The notes below the pieces were generated by a model that made no database searches, was not told where the DNA came from, and worked only from the letters and a program-made list of their open reading frames with translations. The position numbers were made by a program, and so were the translations under genes. From an uncultured Alphaproteobacteria bacterium (lineage in GTDB: Bacteria > Pseudomonadota > Alphaproteobacteria > RF32 > CAG-239), in assembly GCA_964017825.1 (NCBI GenBank), contig CAXHMA010000004.1, positions 21,716 through 85,715 on the forward strand: a DNA stretch of 64,000 nt. Direction: 5' to 3'. Below are positions 56,876 through 64,000 of this stretch, one piece after another (the first letter of the stretch is position 1; every line of letters begins with the position of its first letter).

Positions 56876-58681
56876 ATGGGAAATTGGTCTTATATGTTAA
56901 AAGCCGGCTATATAATAACACTATTGAGCAGTATCGGAATATTTAATTCTTGTTCCGGACACTTTTTTAATTTGCAACAGTATCAGCAGCAATATGCCTA
57001 TCTGCAAAAGCAGGATACTGTTTACGGCAATTATCTTGCCGGACGTGTGGCGCATATTCGCCAGGATTACGATAATGCTGCCCGTTATTATAAAAAAAGT
57101 ATCGAAAAAGGTCTCGTAAACGAAGATTTACTGGGAAAAACATATATTATTTTAGCTTCACAGGGCAAAATAGACGAAGCTGTAAAATATGCTGTCTCTG
57201 CCCGCGAAAAAGGAGATACCAATAATTTTATCGATGTGATAAACGCAGTGTACGATTTTAAACACGGCGATTATAAAAAAGCGCGCACCGTTTTGTCCCA
57301 AATTGATGAAAAAACTTATAAAAATCTTATTTCGCCGTTATTCAACACATGGAGCTATGTCGGTGAAGGTAATTATATGCAGGCAGTTGCCGAACTTGAT
57401 AAACTGGCTGATGCGGAAGAGATGAAAACAGTCTACAATCTTCACAGAGGAATGGTTTCGGATTATTTTAACAAACCCGAAGAAGCGCGGAAATTTTATG
57501 ATGTTCTGATGAATGATAAAAGTAATAATGTCTCTTTCAGAGCTTTACAGATAATTACAAATTTTCTGATTAGGACTCAAAATAAACAAAGAGCTGAGAA
57601 TTTAATCTCAGAATATTACGGTGCGGGCAATATTAAAGAAATGCTTTCCGCATTAAGCTCTAAGATTAAACAGAGTAACTCGCGTACACAACCTTTGGTA
57701 AATACGCCGAACATTGGCGCCGGTGAAGTATTTTTAGAAGTGGCGCTTTTGTTTAAGTCAATTCCGTCGGGGTATGATTATGCACAAATGTACATGGCTA
57801 TATCGGAATATTTCAATCCGGAAAATGATATAACAAAAATTGCCATGGCTGATATATATGAAGAACGTATGATGTATAAAGATGCGAATAAATGTTACGA
57901 TTCCATCGGTGCAAAATCAGAAATGTATTATCCTGCCCAGCTGAAAAAAGCCAATAATCTCTCAGAAGAAAAACAATACGATGCGGCTATAAAAGTTTTG
58001 AAAAGTTTACTGCGCGATAATCCGAAAAATTTCCAAATTTTATTTAATTTAGGCGATATTTTAAGGTTAAGTAATGATCAACCTGCCGCTATAAAATATT
58101 ATAACGAAGCGATAAATGCCATTTTTTATGAAAGCGAAAAGTACTGGCCGGTATACTATGCGTTGGCTGTATCATATGATAAAAATAATGAATGGCTTAA
58201 AGCTGAAAGCAGTCTGAAAAAAGCGCTGGAATTAAGCAACAGACACCCGCAAGTGCTGAATTATCTGGGGTATAGCTGGCTGAAATATAACTTAAATATT
58301 GACAGTGCTGCCGCAATGATTTTAGAGGCTTATGAGAAAGAGCCGAATGACGGTGTCATTATGGACAGCCTCGGGTGGGTTTATTTTAAGACAGGCGATT
58401 ATAAAAATGCCATTGCTTATCTGGAAAAGGCTTCCGAGTTGAATCCGCAAAATGCGGTTATCAGCGATCATCTGGGTGATGCGTACTGGCTCGGCGGCCG
58501 TAAAAATGAAGCGGTGTTTCTCTGGAAACAAGCTTTAAAACAAAAAGAAGAGCAGGAAGAGCTTAATATCAAAAAAGTAAAAAACAAAATTGAAAACGGC
58601 ATAAAAAATATGTCAGCGCTTACAATTAAAGATGAAGATTTAAAGAAAAATCTGCACAGCCTGAATGATATCACGGAATAA
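56876..58681 (+). CDS. TPR-repeat protein (601 aa), likely membrane-anchored or lipoprotein
   Basis: N-terminal hydrophobic segment followed by a Cys (SSIGIFNSCSGH). Multiple TPR-like units are present (AIKYYNEAINA, AESSLKKALELSNRHPQVLNYLGYSWL, AIAYLEKASELNPQNAVISDHLGDAYW). Confidence 0.7.
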   Translation: MGNWSYMLKAGYIITLLSSIGIFNSCSGHFFNLQQYQQQYAYLQKQDTVYGNYLAGRVAHIRQDYDNAARYYKKSIEKGLVNEDLLGKTYIILASQGKIDEAVKYAVSAREKGDTNNFIDVINAVYDFKHGDYKKARTVLSQIDEKTYKNLISPLFNTWSYVGEGNYMQAVAELDKLADAEEMKTVYNLHRGMVSDYFNKPEEARKFYDVLMNDKSNNVSFRALQIITNFLIRTQNKQRAENLISEYYGAGNIKEMLSALSSKIKQSNSRTQPLVNTPNIGAGEVFLEVALLFKSIPSGYDYAQMYMAISEYFNPENDITKIAMADIYEERMMYKDANKCYDSIGAKSEMYYPAQLKKANNLSEEKQYDAAIKVLKSLLRDNPKNFQILFNLGDILRLSNDQPAAIKYYNEAINAIFYESEKYWPVYYALAVSYDKNNEWLKAESSLKKALELSNRHPQVLNYLGYSWLKYNLNIDSAAAMILEAYEKEPNDGVIMDSLGWVYFKTGDYKNAIAYLEKASELNPQNAVISDHLGDAYWLGGRKNEAVFLWKQALKQKEEQEELNIKKVKNKIENGIKNMSALTIKDEDLKKNLHSLNDITE

Positions 58682-58713
58682 TTTTTTGTATGATATCTTG
58701 TATTAAAGGCAAA

Positions 58714-60093
58714 TTATTTCTGATATTTCTCAATCAGTGCTTTTAATTGGGCAGTAAGGCGGCGAACCAATGATTCGTCTTTTCCTTCAATTCTGAGTTT
58801 GATAACCGGTTCCGTTCCTGATTTGCGTGCAATAACGTTACTGTTTTCTCCAAGTTGCTTTTTAGCTTCGGATAGAGCTTCTTTGACATCATCATGTTCT
58901 ACGCTTTCCCTCATCAGTTCGTTTGTGGAAAAACGGATATTTTCAATCAAACAGGGGAATGGCGTGAAAATCGGAAAGATTTCACTTGCTTTTCTTCCGT
59001 CTTCCAAATAGGCAAGAGCAAAAACCAGTGCTACCGCCAAAGCATCGCCGGTTTTGGCGTAATCGGAAAGCACAATATGCCCGACAGGTTCCCCTCCGAT
59101 GACTGAACCTTTTTCTCTCATCAAATCAATGACATATCTCTCGCCGACTTTGCTCTGATGATACAAAAAGTTTTGCTTGTTTAAATATTCGGCAAGCCCC
59201 AAATTAGACCATTCGGTGCTGATAACCGTATTGTTTTGTAATTTATTATGCTTCTTTAAATATTGCGCCAGAAAACATAACAATTGGTCGCCGTCAACAA
59301 CATTGCCGTTGTTGTCAATCAAAATAATCCTGTCGCCGTCGCCGTCTACCGCTACACCGAAGTGTGCATGTGCGTTAACAACCGTTTCTGCCAATTGTTT
59401 GGTGTTTTGTGAGCCGCATTCTTTATTGATATTGTATCCGTCCGGCTTGTTGTTAATCGCAATCACGCCGGCGCCCAAATCTTTGAATGTTTGCGGCAGA
59501 ATATAAAAGTATGCGCCGTTGGCACAGTCCAAAACAACCCGTAGTCCTTGCAAAGCTTTGTAGTTTGGGGCTATTTTGCGCATTGTATCTATATAGTTTT
59601 CAATGCTGCTTTCATCTCTTATGATTTTTCCCACGGGGGAAGGGCTTTTATGTGGCGGGTTATTATTGGTTTTATTGTTCTTATTATTTTCTCTTTGTTC
59701 TAAAAGCCCTTCAACTTTTGCATAAAACTCATCCGGAAATTTGTTTCCATCTTTGTCAATGAGTTTAATGCCGTTGTCAGAATATGGATTATGTGATGCG
59801 GTAATCATCAAAGCCATATCCACATCAAACTGGCGGGTATTAAGGGTAATAAGCGGAGTCGGAACAACGCCGAGCAAAATAACGTCAATACCATGTGCGG
59901 CAAAGCCTGCACTCAGCGCAGCTTCAAGCATATCACCTGAAATACGCGTATCTTTTCCGATTGCCACCCTTTTTTTATCTGTACAGATTTCGGTACTTAA
60001 TACATTTGCCAAATCAAAAGCAAAATCCGCTGTCATCGGATAAAGGTTGGCGACTCCTCTCACGCCGTCTGTTCCGAATAATTTATTAACCAT
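58714..60093 (-). CDS. glmM: Phosphoglucosamine mutase
   Basis: The protein starts MVNKLFGTDGVRG, has the active-site block TASHNP and is collinear with GlmM, with a ~25 aa Asn-rich insertion. It is 459 aa. Confidence 0.85.
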   Translation of the reverse strand: MVNKLFGTDGVRGVANLYPMTADFAFDLANVLSTEICTDKKRVAIGKDTRISGDMLEAALSAGFAAHGIDVILLGVVPTPLITLNTRQFDVDMALMITASHNPYSDNGIKLIDKDGNKFPDEFYAKVEGLLEQRENNKNNKTNNNPPHKSPSPVGKIIRDESSIENYIDTMRKIAPNYKALQGLRVVLDCANGAYFYILPQTFKDLGAGVIAINNKPDGYNINKECGSQNTKQLAETVVNAHAHFGVAVDGDGDRIILIDNNGNVVDGDQLLCFLAQYLKKHNKLQNNTVISTEWSNLGLAEYLNKQNFLYHQSKVGERYVIDLMREKGSVIGGEPVGHIVLSDYAKTGDALAVALVFALAYLEDGRKASEIFPIFTPFPCLIENIRFSTNELMRESVEHDDVKEALSEAKKQLGENSNVIARKSGTEPVIKLRIEGKDESLVRRLTAQLKALIEKYQK

Positions 60094-60172
60094 AGTCTGA
60101 ACTCCAAAATCAATTATAATATCTTTACCCTATTGATATTATAAAGATAATGCAAGCTTATTGTTCTGTTTA

Positions 60173-60793
60173 TTACAAAACGTAACGCAACCCCAAATAA
60201 ATTTCTTGGTCATCAATCGAAGTTTTGCCGTTTAATGAATCCAAAGAACCCATGTCGTAATAACGATAGCCGAGGTCAACATTAAGGCGATTCGTTACTT
60301 TGGCGGAAATACCGGCACCCAAAGACCATGTAAATGCATCTTTTTTAACTTTGTATCCGATATCAACCGAGGTGTTGTTTATATAAAGCTTGTTCTGTGT
60401 CATACCTAAACCGGCATTAACAAACGGTGTAAACCAAGAATAAGGGAATAAGTCATAGTAAACAACAAACATAAATGACTGAGATTTAAATTGTCCTTTG
60501 GAAAATTCCGTAATTTGCTTGCTGTTTTTCTTTCTCCACACATATTCAAGTTCGCCTCTGAAATGCTCGTATCTGTATCCCAAAGCGCCGCTTGCCATAA
60601 ATCTGCGTTTGTCCACAACGTAATCAGATCTTTTATCGTGAACGGAACTGTGCTCGTCTTCAACTTCAAATTTTGCAAATCCAGCTCTGCCCGCAATATA
60701 GAAACCGTCACATTCAGCTTGTGCGGTATGGCAGTATAAAGCGCAAACAAACGTTAAAACTGCTATCTGTGTTAATCTTATAAATTTAATCAT
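60173..60793 (-). CDS. Small outer-membrane beta-barrel protein (OmpA-like / Omp25-31 family-like)
   Basis: The signal peptide is MIKFIRLTQIAVLTFVCALYCHTAQA, with GGAG upstream of the ATG at 60793. The mature protein is about 180 aa with alternating beta-strand patterning (GLGMTQNKLY, LGAGISAKV, VDLGYRYYDMG). Confidence 0.6.
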   Translation of the reverse strand: MIKFIRLTQIAVLTFVCALYCHTAQAECDGFYIAGRAGFAKFEVEDEHSSVHDKRSDYVVDKRRFMASGALGYRYEHFRGELEYVWRKKNSKQITEFSKGQFKSQSFMFVVYYDLFPYSWFTPFVNAGLGMTQNKLYINNTSVDIGYKVKKDAFTWSLGAGISAKVTNRLNVDLGYRYYDMGSLDSLNGKTSIDDQEIYLGLRYVL

Positions 60794-60965
60794 TAAAAAC
60801 TCCGTTAAATAGTCATAGAATCGATTCGTTGACAAAATAACACAAAATTTAGACAAAGCAAGAAAAATTTTAAAAATTTATAAAAAAGCCGGTTTCATTT
60901 TAAAAAAGACATTTTTAATGAAGCAAAATATTTGCTTTTAGAATAATTTGTGTTAAACAATATAC

Positions 60966-61349
60966 CAAGGTGGCCGGATAGCTGCGCCGAAAATAATCGG
61001 TGAGGAAAGTCCGAGCGTCATGGAAACAGGATACCGGATAACGTCCGGCTGGAGAAATCCAAGGGAAAGTGCCGCAGAAAATTACCGCCGGATTTATTTC
61101 GGTAAGGTTGAAAAGGCGAGGTAAGAGCTCACCGCAAAGGTAGTAATACGCTTTGGCAAGGTAAACCCTATCTGACGCAAGACCAAATTAGGAGGCGGCG
61201 CAAGCCGTACAGGAGCGTTTCCACTCTGCTCCAGAGGTAGGTCGCTAGAACCAAGTGGCAACATTTGGGCCAGATGAATAGCTATCGCTTAGAATCTTCG
61301 CTTGCGAAGCAAATGAAAAGTACAGAACTCGGCTTACAGGCCACCTTTT
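60966..61349 (+). ncRNA. rnpB: RNase P RNA (bacterial type A)
   Basis: A 5' ccaaggtggcc pairs with a 3' ggccaccttt to form P1. The universally conserved GGAAAGTCCGAGC (P4 5' half) and ACAGAACTCGGCTTACAG (P4 3' half) are present. The ~384 nt length fits a type A RNA. Confidence 0.8.
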
Positions 61350-61368
61350 AATATTTTAGGAGAAGCAT

Positions 61369-62220
61369 ATGCAGCAATGTACGTTAAAAGAAAAAGCAGA
61401 GATTAAAGGAATAGGACTGCACTCCGGATGTGAAGCCGTACTGACCATGGAACCGGCTTCGGAAAATACGGGAATTTGTTTCAGACGGGCGGATTTGCCG
61501 GAGGAGAACCCGATTCGTGCTTTATATTCCAATGTTATTGATACCCGAAATTGTACTTGTATCGGTAGCTCAAAAGAAAATTATGTAAGCACGATTGAAC
61601 ACATAATGGCTGCATTATATGCCGCCGGCATAGATAATGCTTTAATATCGGTTAATAATCCGGAAGTACCTATATTGGACGGCAGCGGCAAAATATTTTA
61701 TGATATTTTAAGCAAAGTCGGACTGACGGAACAAAAGGAGCCGCGCCGATTCCTGAAAGTAAAAAAAGAAATTAATTTCACCGATGATAAAGGAAACAGT
61801 ATAACTTTGCTGCCGGCAAATCATCTGCATGTACAATTTGAGATAGATTTTCCTTCAAAAATTGTCGGTCGCCAGCTTTTCGATCAAGATATAACATCGA
61901 AAATTTTTGAAGAACAAATAGCTCCGTCCAGAACATTTTGCGAAAAATATCAGGTAGATTATTTGCAATCGCTGGGTTTGATTAAAGGCGGCTCTTTGGA
62001 AAATGCAGTCGTTTTAGATGGCGAAAATATACTTAATCCTGAAGGGTTTCGGGTTCAAAACGAATGCGTCAATCATAAAGTTTTAGACGCGGTCGGTGAT
62101 TTATATACTTCCGGGTATTATATATTAGCAAAAGTTGTTGCAAGCAAAACCGGACACTATCATAATAATGAAGTGCTGAAAAAGCTTTTTGCATCAAGTG
62201 ATAATTATGAGGTTTTATAA
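61369..62220 (+). CDS. lpxC: UDP-3-O-acyl-N-acetylglucosamine deacetylase
   Basis: The 283 aa protein starts MQQCTLKEKAEIKGIGLHSG and has the HHxxE-like zinc-binding block HKVLDAVGDLY. Confidence 0.9.
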   Translation: MQQCTLKEKAEIKGIGLHSGCEAVLTMEPASENTGICFRRADLPEENPIRALYSNVIDTRNCTCIGSSKENYVSTIEHIMAALYAAGIDNALISVNNPEVPILDGSGKIFYDILSKVGLTEQKEPRRFLKVKKEINFTDDKGNSITLLPANHLHVQFEIDFPSKIVGRQLFDQDITSKIFEEQIAPSRTFCEKYQVDYLQSLGLIKGGSLENAVVLDGENILNPEGFRVQNECVNHKVLDAVGDLYTSGYYILAKVVASKTGHYHNNEVLKKLFASSDNYEVL

Positions 62221-62231
62221 GGAGAAATAAG

Positions 62232-62981
62232 GTGAAAAAATTTGTATATATTTTGCCGTTAATCTGTTTAATGATGCTGAATGCATGCGCCGGCAATGAA
62301 AATACTGTTCCGGATGAAGACAAAAGCGCCGAAACATTATATAATGAAGCGTATGATTACTTGGAAAGAACATCATATCAAAAAGCTGCCGAAACCTTTG
62401 ATAAAGTGGAAATGGAGCACCCGTATTCCAAATGGGCTGTCAAATCAAAATTAATGAGCGCGTATGCTTACTATAAAGACGAAAAATACGATGATGCGAT
62501 AGCCTCGTTAGACAGATTCATCCGTCTGCATCCGGGAAATAAAGATATTGCCTATGCTTATTACCTGAAAGGAGTTTGCTATTATAACCAGATTGCTCCG
62601 TCTCAAAAAGAGCAGTCCGCCACCAAAGATGCATATGAAACGTTTTCGCAGGTTATAACAATGTTTCCCGATAGCCAATATGCGGCTGACACCAAGGGAA
62701 AAATGGCGCTTATAGAAGATCATCTTGCCGGACATGAAATGACGGTCGGAAGATATTATTTGCAAAACAAAGAATATATTTCCGCGCTTAACCGCTTTTC
62801 AACCGTAACGGATGTTTACCAAACAACAGCACAGATTGAAGAAGCGTTATACCGTGAAGTAGAAATATTTACTATTTTGGGACTGCAGAATGAAGCGCGC
62901 AAAAAAGCCGAAATTCTTCGCCGCAATTATCCGGACAGCAAATGGGCAAAAATGGCATCTGAGTTGGAGGCCGGGGACTAA
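62232..62981 (+). CDS. bamD: Outer membrane protein assembly factor BamD (YfiO/ComL lipoprotein)
   Basis: The lipobox is MLNAC and TPR-like helices follow (YNEAYDYLERTSYQKAAETF...). It is 249 aa and sits between lpxC and recN as in Rhizobiales. Confidence 0.8.
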   Translation: MKKFVYILPLICLMMLNACAGNENTVPDEDKSAETLYNEAYDYLERTSYQKAAETFDKVEMEHPYSKWAVKSKLMSAYAYYKDEKYDDAIASLDRFIRLHPGNKDIAYAYYLKGVCYYNQIAPSQKEQSATKDAYETFSQVITMFPDSQYAADTKGKMALIEDHLAGHEMTVGRYYLQNKEYISALNRFSTVTDVYQTTAQIEEALYREVEIFTILGLQNEARKKAEILRRNYPDSKWAKMASELEAGD

Positions 62982-62989
62982 GAAAACGC

Positions 62990-64000
62990 ATGCTTAAATC
63001 ATTATCAATAAGAAATGTTGTCTTAATCGACAGTTTGGACATAGAATTTTCAAACGGACTTATTGTTTTGACCGGCGAAACCGGTGCCGGAAAGTCTATC
63101 TTAATGGATTCTCTGGGGCTTTTGACCGGTGCGCGTTCAGAGTCGTCTCTTATTCGTTCCGGTGCGGATAAGCTTTCCGTGACCGGCGTGTTTGAGGTTG
63201 ACAGGCAAAATAAAATATATTCTCTGGCCAAAGAATACGATTTAGAAATTGATGATGATATTATCATTAAGCGTACGATTACCGCGGACGGCAAAAATAA
63301 AATTTCATTTAATGACCAGCCTGTTACGCTTAAGCTACTGAGAATATTGAGTCAGTGTTTAATAGAAATTCACGGTCAACATGATAGTCAGGGGCTTCTT
63401 AACCCCGCTACACATCTGGAAATTTTAGATTTTTACGGCGGCTGTCGGGAGAGAATTCGAAAGACAAAAGATGCTTTTGCTGATTATAAAGAAGCATTAA
63501 AGGAACTGTCGGAAAAACAAAAGATTTTGGATAAAGCCAAAGAAGATGAAGAAAATCTTATTCACTGGGTAAATGAACTGGAAAAAGCTTCTCCGCAAAA
63601 AGGCGAGGAAGAAACACTTAAAACACGGCGCAGCGAATTAATGAATGCCGAGAAAATCATAGAAAAGTTAAATGCGGCATACAGTGCGCTGAACGGGAGC
63701 AGCTCGGTATTGGATCAAACGGCAAAGGCGCGGAATGCCGTTTCGAGAGCAAATGAAATCATGGGCGGTAAATATGCCGAAATTGAGCAAAATTTGGAAA
63801 ATGCCATATATAGCCTGACTGATGCCATAGAGCAGATGAAAGCTTGTTCATCTGACATATCGCTTAACCAAAATGAAATAGACAACATTGAAACCCGTTT
63901 GTATTTATTGCGCAGCCTTGCCAGAAAGCACCAAACGGAAATAGATTTTCTTCCGGAAAAACTGGAAGAGCTTTCCGGTCTTTTAAATAATATTCACGAT
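62990..64000 (+). CDS. recN: DNA repair protein RecN, N-terminal ~336 aa running off the window end
   Basis: Translation from the ATG at 62990 gives MLKSLSIRNVVLIDSLDIEFSNGLIVLTGETGAGKSILMDSLGLL, the RecN Walker A. The frame is open to the window end and is not in the ORF track because it has no stop. Confidence 0.85.
   Translation, partial: MLKSLSIRNVVLIDSLDIEFSNGLIVLTGETGAGKSILMDSLGLLTGARSESSLIRSGADKLSVTGVFEVDRQNKIYSLAKEYDLEIDDDIIIKRTITADGKNKISFNDQPVTLKLLRILSQCLIEIHGQHDSQGLLNPATHLEILDFYGGCRERIRKTKDAFADYKEALKELSEKQKILDKAKEDEENLIHWVNELEKASPQKGEEETLKTRRSELMNAEKIIEKLNAAYSALNGSSSVLDQTAKARNAVSRANEIMGGKYAEIEQNLENAIYSLTDAIEQMKACSSDISLNQNEIDNIETRLYLLRSLARKHQTEIDFLPEKLEELSGLLNNIHD

Overview
This window is a 64 kb chromosomal segment that is AT-rich (roughly 35-38% GC by eye) and reads as alphaproteobacterial. 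The gene order dnaQ-coaE | rho-mnmE-mnmG-rsmG-parA-parB matches the Rhizobiales origin neighbourhood, and the content looks like a reduced Liberibacter- or Bartonella-like genome, though I cannot assign a genus. Most of the window is housekeeping: eno, ppdK, rho, mnmE/mnmG/rsmG, parAB, cca, rlmN, tyrS, radA, mlaEF, tsaE, rppH, ctpA, an M23 peptidase, gpmI, tolQR plus a TolA-like gene, ung, glmM, RNase P RNA, lpxC, bamD, and partial dnaE and recN at the two ends. Several elements look accessory or unusual. (1) The 502 bp coaE-rho intergenic region has three co-oriented TTTTATCAACA DnaA-box-like repeats, sits where Rhizobiales have oriC, and is a candidate origin. (2) An extremely AT-rich lysine/asparagine-rich orphan gene is wedged into the normally invariant mnmE-mnmG junction. 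(3) A 1104 aa autotransporter with Pmp-type repeats carries an in-frame 18 bp tandem repeat encoding (DDNNGG)n. (4) Two tandem secreted proteins with four conserved cysteines, plus a small membrane protein, lie between tolQ and ung and have no recognisable family. (5) An ABC-2 permease, a GldG-like domain and a DUF4340-like domain are fused into one 1151 aa protein next to its ABC ATPase. (6) A reduced batA-batB/C-batD cluster carries an N/Q-rich disordered tail on the BatB/C fusion. (7) A porin gene overlaps an atypical OmpR-family regulator. I saw no CRISPR array, IS element, prophage or tRNA. RNase P RNA was recognised by motif only.
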